DNA from: Podarcis gaigeae
Lineage: Eukaryota
Assembly: GCA_964106915.2 (NCBI GenBank)
Contig: OZ066915.1
Length of the DNA stretch: 64,000 bases
Reading direction: 5' to 3' (one strand)
The position numbers and the translations under genes are program-made. Position 1 is the stretch's first letter, and the number at the start of each line of letters is the position of its first letter. Of this stretch, positions 1 to 11,744 are shown in pieces. The notes under the pieces were generated by a model that saw only the letters and a program-made list of their open reading frames with translations, was not told the DNA's origin and ran no database searches.

Positions 1-46
1 TGTCTGAAATAAGGATGGAGATATGTAGAGGCATTGTGGTTTTTGC

Positions 47-48
<2 letters not shown>

Positions 49-87
<39 letters not shown>
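49..87. repeat. (CA)n microsatellite
   Basis: Direct read. Confidence 0.95.
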
Positions 88-914
88 CATGATTCACAAT
101 ATATTGCCAGGTCAAAAATGATGAAACCAATATCATGATATGAACTTCAAACTGGTTGGGACAGCTGCTTCCCAAAGTCCAGCAATGCCACTACATCCAG
201 TTTCCAGGATGAGGACCCCCAAGAATGCTCCACTGCTTGGGGTGGGATATAAAGCTGTCAGTCAAGTCCAACATTCCGAGAGGACTGACTCCCTCTGTGT
301 GGCAGGCAGTTCTGTCAGTTGGTCGGTTGCTGCAAGGAGTGTTAACTGGCAACTGCTCAGATGCAGTCTTCTCATGACTCACTACTATCTAGTATATAGT
401 TTATAACCTAAGCCTGCCTTCAGGAACAACTCTGTAAACCTGAATGAATCTGATAGTAAAGTAGTTTATGTTAATATGGTTCAGATTCATGTGTGTTTTC
501 TTCAAGAGGGACAGAAAGGGATTATCAACCAGGAAGGTATAATTTTTGATAGGACTCAAACGAGTTAGCAACCAACTTGTCGCTGCATAAACTCAAACAG
601 GGGATCGTTTAAACTTTGCTAAATTATATAAACGTTCCCACACTTGGGAGGAATTGGAGAAGCACAGGGCACTCACAAAGCACCCTTGCCTGCTTCTCAG
701 CGCCTGTCTGTTCCCTTTTTTGTTTCTGCTTTCCCGTTGCCTTTGATCAAGCGAGGTGTAACATGGCTGGCTGTTGACAGGAGTTAGCCTTGCATGAAGC
801 CTTGATGCCTATTTTGTTGCTGCAAAGCTTCTTTCCACCCCGCCTCCTCTGACATCCTTCCTGTCCTCCTTGTTCCAAAATGATTTTCTTGTCAGAAATG
901 ATCCGGCTTGCCCA

Positions 915-1466
915 GGTTCAAGGGAGTGCTGCCCTGAGGGACCTGAAAGTGAACTTTGGCTTCCAGCACTTGCTGTGCTGCTTTGAGGAGTTATTCTCAT
1001 GTTGGCTCTGATTCAAGGGTAGTTAGGCCCCATCTGCGCTGAGCACTTAAAGCAGTACCATTTCAAACAGCCGTGGCTTCCCCCAAAGCATTCTGGGAAG
1101 TGTAGTTTCTTTAAGGGCGCCAAGAGTGGATAGGAGACCCCTATTCCCTTCATAGAACTACAAAGTTCCCGGGGAAGAGCGATTAATGGTTAAACCACGG
1201 AAATAGAAGTCTCCTATCCACTCTTGGCGCCCTTAAGAAACTACAGGTCCCAGAATGCCAGTGGGCATGGCCCTGTTCCCTCCCACCCTCCACATGACTT
1301 ATCATCCCATGAAGGGAATGGATGGAAAGAGTTATTGACTGAAGGGAATTTCTGTATGTGCAATAAGAATTAAAACCTTGGCACACCAGCACTGAGCTGT
1401 GGGTCAGCCACCCCTGGGCAATTGTTCTAGGTGAGGCATTGATGCTGAGAGAGCAACCTGCATGGA
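915..1466 (+). repeat. 552-bp local duplication, copy 1
   Basis: Collinear with 4204-4755 (offset 3289), about 14 substitutions by eye, no indels seen. Confidence 0.95.
1030..1260. mobile_element. Palindromic non-autonomous DNA element (MITE) inside the duplication; related copies near 4320-4550, 24820-24900 and 44335-44520
   Basis: Inverted arms gtagtttc...aggagac / gtctcct...gaaactac; boundaries approximate. Confidence 0.7.
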
Positions 1467-1587
1467 CTGATGGGACCTGGAAGGGATGCAGGAGAATGTG
1501 GTTGCCATGTCCTCACTTTAGGGTGTCTGGAAGTTGCTGTCTGCTTGCTCGTGCAGTGACTATAGTCTTTCTGGTTCCTGTGTGCAT

Positions 1588-1590
<3 letters not shown>

Positions 1591-1632
<42 letters not shown>
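1591..1632. repeat. (AG)n microsatellite
   Basis: Direct read. Confidence 0.95.
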
Positions 1633-1634
<2 letters not shown>

Positions 1635-2692
1635 CACTGGGCAGAAACGCAGTTCATTTCAAGAGAGCCAGGAGATGGAGAGGAGCCTGGGATCACAGGA
1701 GGTGGTTCATGGCTCCTGCTTAGGGGACCTAGTTACTGTTGGGGCTTAGGGATCCAGTCAGCAAGAAAAAGGGAAAGCTCAGTTGTCATAATATCTAAAT
1801 AATGTCTCATGATTCCCTGCTCTCTGTACATTTTCTGCTGGAAAACAAATAACAACTATCTTCCCTTTTGGGTGGGGAGCAGGTAAGAGTTGAATCCTCT
1901 ATTTGGAATTCCAAATGTGGGTTTCCATAGCAACTAGGTTTTAGTAAGGAGGTGAGGCCGGGGAGAGAGGCACCTGGGACCTCCCAATGTTGCAGTTGTC
2001 AGAATGCTGCATGGTAAGTCCCTCCTGGAAGCATCATTAGCATCTCATTGGTGCCTCCTGGAACTCACATGACCAAACACAGTGCACACATGTACCCCCG
2101 TCTCCTGAACTGGCAAGATCTCCTGCACTGGGGAGGGTACAAGTCCCAAATAATCCTAGCAGTGGAGGGATGCTTGTGTGGAATATGGAACACAGTAGCA
2201 TTTGGCATGCCCCACAAGGAACATGAATCCAGCAGATGGGGCAGGACTTTACCCTTAGTGATACCTAGTCGGGGAAAATAGGCTCATCATCACCAGATTA
2301 ACACTGCTTCTAGGCTGCACCTACTGTGTCAGATTACAACCGGTGGTGTGGAAATAATAAGATCGGAAGCTTTCCCCTCCACCACATATAATCACCTTAA
2401 TTGCTGATACATAGGCAATTATCATGGCATAGAGAAGGCTAGGCAATAGCTAGGGACGTCATGTGCCCTATTTGGCAGAGGATGGTTCTGTTTTGAAGGT
2501 GTCTTTTACTGTATTTGAGGGTTCATTCAGACTTCCTTTTGTGCCACACTTTCCAGGCACAGGTTCATGTTTTAAAGCTCCATGTCTGAGCAGAATTTTT
2601 TCTGCCCTGGCACTTTCCCTGGGGAAACCCGTTATTTACTGCTGAAATGGAACAAACGACAATCCACAGGAAACGCAATTGTCTCTATTGTT

Positions 2693-3051
2693 AAAGGTAA
2701 AGGTAAAGGTACCCCTGCCCGTACGGGCCAGTCTTGACAGACTCTGGGGTTGTGCGCCCATCTCACTTAAGAGGCCAGGGGCCAGCGCTGTCCGGAGACA
2801 CTTCCGGGTCACGTGGCCAGCGTGACATCGCTGCTCTGGCGAGCCAGAGCCGCACACGGAAACGCCGTTTACCTTCCCGCTGGTAAGCGGTCCCTATTTA
2901 TCTACTTGCACCCGGAGGTGCTTTCGAACTGCTAGGTTGGCAGGCGCTGGGACCGAGCAGCGGGAGCGCACCCCGCCGCAGGGATTCGAACCGCCGACCT
3001 TTCGATCGGCAAGTCCTAGGCGCTGAGGCTTTAACCCACAGCGCCACCTGC
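2693..3051 (-). mobile_element. Sauria SINE, full length and young
   Basis: (aaaggt)n = (ACCTTT)n tail; tRNA-like head with B-box GGTTCGAATCC; 12-bp TSD gtctctattgtt at 2681-2692 and 3052-3063; CpG-rich. Confidence 0.93.
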
Positions 3052-3178
3052 GTCTCTATTGTTGCCTGTTTTTAAATCCCATGTTAATAGGTCTGAACTT
3101 GGGATGTCTAATGTGGTATATTGGGTTCTTTCAGGACAACTTTAGTTTTGAGTAGATACCTTCATGTTTGCATATATA

Positions 3179-3409
3179 CAGTGGTACCTCGGGTTACATA
3201 CGCTTCAGGTTACATACCCTTCAGGTTACAGACTCCGCTAACCCAGAAATAGTACCTCGGGTTAAGAACTTTGCTGCAGGATGAGAAGAGATACTGTGCG
3301 GCGGCAGCGGAAGGCCCCATTAGCTAAAGTGGTGCTTCAGGTTAAGAACAGTTTCAGGTTAAGAACGGACCTCCGGAACAAATTAAGTACATAACCAGAG
3401 GTACCACTG
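3179..3409. mobile_element. TcMar (Tigger/pogo-like) MITE
   Basis: TIR CAGTGGTACCTC...GAGGTACCACTG with TA TSD. Confidence 0.9.
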
Positions 3410-3418
3410 TATATAGCC

Positions 3419-3855
3419 CAGAGGTTTTCAACCTTTTTGAGTCCATGGCTCCCTTGACAATCTACATTCTTTCTGTGGCACCCCTGTGGGGCTCAGGAGC
3501 CCAGTTATGTCACCCTTTGCCTGCAAAGCTGGCAGATTCTCACCCTTTCTCAAACACCCTCCCTTGTGGAGTGTTCCCTCAGCCTCCTCTCCTCTCCCCT
3601 CTCCTTCGGAGTCTTCTGGGCAGCCGCCCCAGTCTTGCCCCAAAGAGAAGTGCCTCCCACAGGCGCCATCAGCCTGCGGAGCTTATAGCCAGGGCTGCTG
3701 CAAAAAACAGCTGTGCAAGCTTTTCGGAGGCAAAGATGTAAGAGGGCATCAGGGAAGAGAGGGAAGGAAAGAGGGACAGAGGCCAGCATTGCCCGTGACG
3801 CCCGTGACTATAATTCAAGGCACCCCAGGCACAGCAGACTGGTTGAAAACCACTG
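3419..3855. mobile_element. hAT-type MITE
   Basis: TIR cagaggttttcaacc / ggttgaaaaccactg; near 8-bp TSD atatagcc / atataccc. Confidence 0.85.
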
Positions 3856-4203
3856 ATATACCCTATTTATGGCTTTGTTTCTGTTTGGAGCAATTGGTCT
3901 GCTGCTTGGCTGGATGTCCTGGCTAGCACCTTAGCTTGGTTTTGTAGGTAACAACCCACTGCTATCTGTTCATGTGCCCTTTGCTGGATTCTGCAACTCA
4001 GAGGTTACTCAATTATTCATAAATATTGGTTTTTCTCCATTATGTTTACACATTTGGGCCGATCCCAACCATTAGTAATGTGTACACAGTGTTGAATGAT
4101 GTCACACGCCGGGTGCCTGTGACCTTGCATTGTGAAATTACCATTTTACAGTTTCACAACAAAATAATCCCAGGGTTCTGGTGCACATGACTGTTTCGTG
4201 TGG

Positions 4204-4755
4204 GGTTCAAGGGAGTGCTGCCCCAAGGGACCTGAAAGTGAACTTTGGCTTCCAGCACTTGCTGTGCTGCTTTGAGGAGTTATTCTCATGTTGGCTCTGA
4301 TTCAGGGGAAGTTAGGCCCCATCTGCACTGAGCCCTTGAAGCAGTACCATTTCAAACAGCCGTGGCTTCCCCCAAAGCATTCTGGGAAGTGTAGTTTCTT
4401 TAAGGGTGCCAAGAGTTGTTAGGAGACCCCTATTCCCTTCATAGAGCTACAAAGTTCCCGGGGAAGAGCGATTAATGGTTAAACCACGGAAATAGAAGTC
4501 TCCTATCCACTCTTGGCTCCCTTAAGAAACTACAGGTCCCAGAATGCCAGTGGGCATGGCCCTGTTCCCTCCCACCCTCCACATGACTTATCATCCCATG
4601 AAGGGAATGGATGGAAAGAGTTATTGACTGAAGGGAATTTCTGTATGTGCAATAAGAATTAAAACCTTGGCACACCAGCACTGAGCTGTGGGTCAGCCAC
4701 CCCTGGGCAATTGTTCTAGGTGAGGCATTGATGCTGAGAGAGCATCCTACATGGA
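4204..4755 (+). repeat. 552-bp local duplication, copy 2
   Basis: Collinear with 915-1466. Confidence 0.95.
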
Positions 4756-4787
4756 TGCTCCTCCCAAGAGCCTCAAAGGGGTGTGCA

Positions 4788-4791
<4 letters not shown>

Positions 4792-4849
<58 letters not shown>

Positions 4850-4850
4850 A
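4792..4850. repeat. (TC)n(AC)n compound microsatellite
   Basis: Direct read. Confidence 0.95.
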
Positions 4851-5005
4851 TTTTATCCTCATAAGAATCCTGCGAGGTAGGTTTGGCTGAGAGGCAGTGA
4901 GTGGCCCAAGATCACCCAGTGAGCTTTCATGGCCAAGTGGTGACTCAAACCCTGGTCTCCCAGGTCCTAATCCAACAATCTAACCATAGCACCACACTGG
5001 CTCTT
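4851..5005 (-). mobile_element. tRNA/CORE-type SINE fragment; related copies near 11370-11550 (+), 13315-13392 (-) and 62760-62955 (-)
   Basis: ggtaggtttggctgagag...cccagtgagctttcatggc...cctggtctcccaggtcc...accacactggctct. Confidence 0.7.
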
Positions 5006-5699
5006 CTGTGTAGAAGCAGGGTTGGGGCTATAATGTATGCCAGGGTGTGACATTGTGTCCCCGTTGCTGCCCGGCCCTGCCGTTACCATGTTGAGCATGG
5101 AGGTCTGAAGAGAGAAGGGTTTGGGCAGGCAGCTGCTCCCACATCTGGGCTCCATGAAACCAGGAAGGGTGCCTTTTTTAAGACCTTGGTGCTTGACATA
5201 CAAAACTCTTGGGAGATTCATGGGGTGGAGCTAGAGACCTGGCCCCACTTCTGCTTCTCTATGAGCCCCCCCCCCCCCCAGGAGCCAGTGCATTAGCCGG
5301 GCTACTGGCTCTCTTCAGGCATCCACTGCCTGAGTTAAGGAGGCACATGATGAAGGCAGTGAGGATCAGATTCCCCCCAGTGCTATTCTGATTACCCTCC
5401 CCAGCATGGAACTCTGCACACATCTCAGAACCCTGGAAAATTAGGATCCTCTAAACCACATGAGGAGCAGCAGACCCCTGGCTTCATATAGTTACCCTTG
5501 AACTCCTGGAGGGTGACCCAGAACAACAACAACAGGGGTGGAGGTAGTGAATTCATCCCTGCAGCCCCCCACTTTCAGATTACTTACCCTTCAGGCATTT
5601 GCTACCTGGTTTAAGTGGGAACTCCAAAGGCCTGATCTGCTTTGAACCAAAGGGACTGGGCTGACAAAAACCATATTTGATCAAAACCAATCAAATGTG

Positions 5700-5836
5700 C
5701 CTGGATAGCTCAGTTTGGCAGAGCCTGGTGCTGGTAATGCCAAGGTTGCAGTTCTGTGGGACAGCTACATATTCCTGCATTGCAGGGGGTTGGGACTAGA
5801 TGATCCTCATGGTCCCTTCCAACTCTACAATTCTAT
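5700..5836 (+). mobile_element. SINE with tRNA-Ile-like head and CR1-like tail (Squam2-like); second copy near 13920-14036
   Basis: tagctcagtttggcagagcctggtgctggtaatgccaaggttgcag...ggtcccttccaactctacaattcta. Confidence 0.7.
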
Positions 5837-7121
5837 AAAATAACCTTCCACTGACCAGTGCAGGTGGGGGAGGTAAGGTTTGCTCATCTGCAATGCCCTC
5901 TCCCATCAATGCAACGCAGCTCCACACTCAAACTTAAAAAAATTAAAATTAAAAATCTATTTTTTAAAGGTAAAATACTGACACCTAACAAGATACATGG
6001 GCTTATTGCTTGCCATAAGTCTAGACATTCTGGGGAGGCCTGCATTTATTTACAATCTCAGGACTGGATTGTCTGTGTGCCTGACCCCGCTTTCCCAGCT
6101 TCTGTGAATGCAGGAGCCTTATTAATAGCTCTAACATAGCACACTTCATCTCCAAAGCACTTTAGAGAGCGAGAGAGAAATAGAGAGTATAATTAATTAA
6201 TCATTTAATGCTTAGCAGCACTTAAACTGCACACAGCTCTCCACAAGCACACAGGCACACAAAGCGCAGCATAGACATTAAGCCCTTTGGCGTACTTAAC
6301 TCTCTCCAAGATTGTGCGGAGCGTGGCCCGGTGCCAGCTAAGGAGAGGGCTGGAAAGACTCAGCTCCCTGGGCACCTGGGTTATGCCTGTAGCATCCTGC
6401 TACAAAGAATTGGCTAGATCTGTGTGGTCCTCTTATGTGTGTGCTTTTAAAAAAGAAAACAAATATGTTCCGGCGTAAAGGTTGCAGCTTGCCTGGTGGG
6501 GGCACACAGACCTCTCTTGGACCCCACTTTCCCTTCTGACATTCACTCCAGAGTGCATCTACCCCCACCCCACAAATCATGCATAATCCCAGAAAATTTC
6601 CCGCCCATGTTCTTTTCACATATGTTCTGCTTTGCCCCATTTATGTTTCCATTATTTTCTTTTTAAAAAATACATTACATTTTGTATACAAATACGTTAC
6701 TTACTGTACTATGCAACGGTGCTGCTGTAAGTGGTGGTTTGTGGACTGGTTCTAGTCTGTGGGTCATCAGCTGCTGGTTCCCAATGACGCCACCACAGTC
6801 CAGGTTGGGTGGGATGCTTCAGGGGCCAGATGGGGAACATGAGGGGCGGAAATTGCCAGTCTAGCACGTTGGAGAGCTTGAGAAGCAATCCTGCCACACA
6901 AGATGGTCTGAAGGCTCCTTTTAAAGTTCTACAGGGTTCCCCCCCCCCCCCAAGGTTTACAATCTTGTAAAACAAGTACAACAGGCAATAGCCACTTTGA
7001 ATAGCTAGTATGCAACTGCTGTCAGATTAACATTTGTGAAATCCATCTTTTGCAAATAGAACCAATATGCATATTTTGCATAATATATACTGGCGTTTTT
7101 ATAAGTCAACAGAGAGGTGGG

Positions 7122-7164
<43 letters not shown>
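7122..7164. repeat. (GTT)n microsatellite
   Basis: Direct read. Confidence 0.95.
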
Positions 7165-7319
7165 ATATTCAGTGCTTTCTTCTGGGGGGGACGCAGGGGT
7201 ACTCATACCCCTAAACATTTTATGAATCTAATGGGAGAAGAAACTAAAAAAAAAAAATTGTTAGTTTCTTCTCTAGCACAATAATCGTCAGTTGCGTTCC
7301 TACCCCCAATGGCAGCCTC

Positions 7320-8460
7320 ATTTCCTGTCACAGTGTTTTCTGAGTCTCAGATGGAATTCTGGATTTGTTGTAGTTTCTGAGTCACCTTCAAAGGTAGCCC
7401 CAAGTAGAGCACATTGCAGTAGTCCAAGCGGGAGATAACCAGAGCATGCACCACTCTGCTGGGATGGCATGCAGGCAGGTAGGGTCTCAGCCTGTGTACC
7501 AGATGGAGCTGATAAACAGCTGCCCTGGACACAAAATTAACCTGCGCTTCCATGGACAGCTGTGAGTCCAAAATGAACCCAGGCCGCGTACCTGGTCCTT
7601 CAAGGGCACAGCTATCCCATTCAGGACCAGGGAATCCTCCACACCTGCCTGCCTCCTGTCCCCCAAAACAGTACTTCTGTCTTGTCAGGATTCAACCTCA
7701 ATCTGTTAGCTGCCATCCCTCCTCCAACCACCTCCAGACACTCACACAGGACAATAACTGCTTTCACTGGTTCTGAATTAAAAGAGAGGTCATCCACATA
7801 CTGATGAACACCCAGCCCAACCCCCCTGATAATCTCTCCCAGCGGCTTCATATAGATGTTAAAAAGCATGGGGGAGAGGACAGAACCCTGAGGCACCCCA
7901 CAAGAGAGAGCCCAGGGGTCTGAACACTCATCCCCCCCCACTTTCTGGACACGGCCCAGGAGGAAGGAGCGGAACCACTGCTTGGCATTGCCCCCAGCTC
8001 CTCTAGACAATCCAGAAGGAGGTCATGGTCAATGGCAGGGGTCAGCAAACTTTTCAGCAGGGGGCCGGTCCACTGTCCCTCAGACCTTGTGGGGGCCGGA
8101 CTATATTTTGAAGGGAAAAGAATGAATGAATATCTATGCCCCACAAATAACCCAGAGATGCATTTTAAATAGAAGCACACATTCTTCTCATGTAAAAACA
8201 TGCTGATTCCCAGACGGTCCGTGGGCCGGATTTAGAAAGCGATTGGGCTGGATCCGGCCCCCAGGCCTTAGTTTGCCTACCCATGGTCAATGGTGTCAAA
8301 GGCCACTGAGAGATGCAGCAGAACCAGGAAACAGCTTTTCCCTCTATCCCTAGCCCACTGGAGATCATTGACCAGTGCAACCAAGGCTTTTTCAGTCCCA
8401 TGATAAGCCTGAATCCCAATTGGAAGGGATCCTAATGGTCTGCATCCTCCAGGAGTTGTT
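7320..8460 (-). mobile_element. L2-clade LINE reverse-transcriptase fragment, degenerate, interrupted by a hAT MITE
   Basis: Translated motifs GVPQGSVLSPMLFNIYM, YVDD, LNPDKTE and SRLDYCNVLYLGLP with frameshifts. Confidence 0.9.
8036..8285 (-). mobile_element. hAT/Charlie (OC1-like) MITE
   Basis: TIR caggggtcagcaaact / agtttgcctacccatg; perfect 8-bp TSD gtcaatgg at 8028-8035 and 8286-8293. Confidence 0.9.
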
Positions 8461-11400
8461 CAGCCACTGAAATTTAGTTCAGCTGCTCCCCTGGGATGTT
8501 AGCTGATATTGCCCACACACTTTTGAGCATATTTTCATAACCAGGAGGTATAGAATTTTGATTTAAAAGAAGAAGGGACGATGCCATGGGTCACACCTGG
8601 CTCTCAGCCTGGCAGTTTCCTACTCCTGCTCTTGCCCCAGAGTGTTTGCCCTGAATTCTAAATCTCTGGACCCAGATGGGGCATCCTTCATAAATCTCTG
8701 GAGCTATAATAACAATAATAATAATTTTATTATTTATACCCTGCCCACCTGGCTGCCATCTTTCCTAATCATGAGGAACAGCATTTGCTGTATAAATTAC
8801 CTTACACTTCCTACGGTATCTCAGTTAGGCCTTAAATAGGCAATGGTGTGGGTTGTTGCTCTTGTTTTTGGTGGTATGTAAATTTTATTTCAACTTAATT
8901 GGCTTATCAATAAATAAGTTGACAGCCCTAAGGGAGGGAAATAGAGCCTTCTGATTATGCAGTCTCTCATCTGTCCTCTTAGTCGTCTGCGTGTGGACAT
9001 GGAAAGTGACAAATTGGAGGAGGGTGTCATTCTCACTCAAGCATGCTCTGAGAACATGTGCGCACTTCATAGAACACTAGTGAGTGTGTGTCCTGTGTGT
9101 CTGTGTGTCAATGTGTGATTGTTAGTGCATATTTTGCCTGTTATTCATCCTTCTCTTGCAGAAAGTAGTGACTGTTTTCCTTGAAAAAACTGACCCAGAT
9201 CTTAAGTAGCAGAAGTGAAGCAAATCTAAAGCAAGGTGCCTCTGCCTGTTTTGGTGTTGTGTGTGTTACATTCTTCCTCTTCCACCCCCCACATCCTCAT
9301 GGTCCCTACACCTCACTGTTCAGAACGGCTCCCTGATCTTCTGCAGAGGCTTTATGAGGGGCTGGAGGGGTCAGGAAAATCCCCTTGCTCAAGCTTCCTT
9401 TTTCTCTTGCTGTTTGTGATGTAAGCTAGCATTAATGATGGTGATACTGAGCTGTCATACAGTTATGGAGAAAGGCTTTAAAGTGCACAACACACACTAC
9501 ATGGCTGCAATCCTATAACTTAGGTTCAGCTTGTACAATTATAGTTGATTCAGAGGCCTTGTGCAAGGAACCTACTTTCCCCAAAGATTGGGCTTTCTAC
9601 ACTAAGGAAAGTGATGGGAAAATATCCTGGAAAAGATAGGATAGCTGCTGTTAAGATGGATTTGGCAGCATCAAATGGCTGAGACTGAATTTAGAGAGGC
9701 TGTGTACCACCAAAATGCACATGTCTGCAGCATGGACTGTAATTTGCACCTCCCAGCAACCTCAGAAGCTCATGCAATGAGAACTGCAGTTATTTGGTGA
9801 GTGATCAGTGTGTTGGGTGCCATTTTCCCCAGCAGTTGCCTTTCCTGCACCACATGGGTGCCTTCTGCAGACAGCAGGGAACACATTGAACTTTCTGCAA
9901 TGTTACTATAGGTGTGGAGGGGAAGGAAAGGCGGATCTGATCTTTCAGCTGCCACCAGCTTGATCTTTGCTTGACTCTGGGCTGTGCCCTGCTTTCAAAG
10001 ACCAGGTGAAGAAGTCGCTTTTGCGTTTGGCATTATGCAGCTCAGTCTTTGAGTGGCAGTTGGAAGATACCCCACATGTTTCTCAGGCTGTATTTATGCT
10101 GACTTCCTCTATCCTACAAATTGGCTTAATGGCTGATTTGTCTCTCCAAGGAACCTGGGAGATGGGGATCTGTCTATGAAACAAGCATCAGCTAGAGGCC
10201 TCCTAACCAGTTGTAGCTCTAAGGCAGGAAATGCCAACCCAGTGCCCTCTATAACATGTGCTACAATTCCCATAAGCCCCCACTAGTGTGGTCAGGGTCA
10301 GTGGTCAGGGATAAGTGAAGTTGTTGTCTGTGGTATCTGGGTGGCACCATCTTGACTTCCTCTGCTCTAGGGTTTGGGTGGGTTCAAGGTGTCCTCAGAA
10401 GATTGATCTTAAAATGTGGGAGGCACTGCTTCTCACTTGGACATCAGACACACCTCCCCTTGGAATATGGAAAGTCACTTAATTTACCAGTTGGAGGAAA
10501 GGGAACTGTCTTATGCTCCTTTTGCCCACCCTCCCCCTACACTTGCAGTAAGGTTGGCACGGGCAATATCATGAAAGAGCACAAACCAGGGATGCAGAAT
10601 CTGTTGCCCTCATGATGTTGTTGGACTCACAAATTCTGTCATCCCATTCCAGCATGGCCAATTGTCAGGGTTGAAGGGAGATGTATTTCAGCAACATCTG
10701 GGGGGCCATAGATGTCCAGAAGGATCGTGTTGTGTTCCAGGAGCTGTCTGTTTATGAATGCCATCCTTGTCTCCTACTGAGGTCCATCCTAAACAGGTCT
10801 TCTTTGGGATGTCTCTTTGCAAAGAGAGCTGTCAGTCTGGCCACTGAACCTGGGGCACACCAGTTTCGAGGTGCAGAGAGGAGGGACGGCAGGTTGCTGA
10901 GCAGGACCATTGTCAGTCTGCTCGTATGCACATGTTGCATTAGTTCAAGGCGGTTTGCAGATAGATGATAAATAAACAGCACCCAAACAAGAAACCAAGA
11001 TCTCTGAGTTTAAAAGCAACCCAGAAGCAGCAGCAGATAAATCAGGCCAGATGGTTACAATATTAGACTAAAAAATATTTTAATCTCACACTGTGGCAAC
11101 ATTAAAAACACAGGCGCTGATTTAAAATGTCTTAGTGTAAATAAACACTTTCATCTGCTGCTCAAAGGGAATTTATCAGAGCAATTCACAGCTTTTAAGA
11201 TCTAAGTAGATACCCTTTGAAAAGAGAATTACGTTTCCTCAGGGGTTGTATTTCCTTATATTGGCAAGGGTATTTGGCCCTCACTGGTAATGGTGGTGCT
11301 GCCTCGATTATTTGACACCAGCTTCCAACTGGTAGTTGGCAGACAGAGCCAGCCTGGTGGTCCCCTGGTCTCAAGCCCCCCTTCAACCATGGGCTTAGCT

Positions 11401-11683
11401 CACTGGGTCATCTTTGACTTAACACCATCTCTCAGCCCAACCTCCCTCACAGGGTTGTCTCAGGGATATACGGAGGAGAACTGTGAAAGCCATCATTGAG
11501 TACCTTGGTGAAAAGGCATAGTATGAACAGAACAAAATAAAGAAAAGTCACATCCTGTGGCTTTGTAGTTGCTGTCCATTTATTGCCTGTCTCTCTACCC
11601 ATTTTGCTATATTTAAGTGTTTGGACAAAAGTGGTTCTGAGTGCCTAACGCCCCCACCCCTCTCCCACTCTTTTTTCTTATAG

Positions 11684-11744
11684 ATCCGAAGACGTCGCCC
11701 AACTCCAGCTACCTTGGTCTTGAGCAGTGACCAGTCATCTCCTG
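11684..11744 (+). CDS. PPP1R1A: PPP1R1A exon 2 (IRRRRPTPATLVLSSDQSSP; PKA Thr35-equivalent)
   Basis: ttttttcttatag|ATCCGAAGA...CCTG|gtgaga; 61 nt, phase 0 to 1. Confidence 0.96.

Noticed and set aside
1439-1749. ORFs with (ER)n, (CV)n, (HT)n, poly-I or poly-L runs here and at 4472, 30965, 31128, 54298 and 59343
   Set aside because: Translations of microsatellites.
1-11683. PPP1R1A exon 1 (SPRKIQFTVPLLEPHLDPEAAEQ-like) and its promoter
   Set aside because: No matching frame or CpG island seen by eye; probably upstream of the window.
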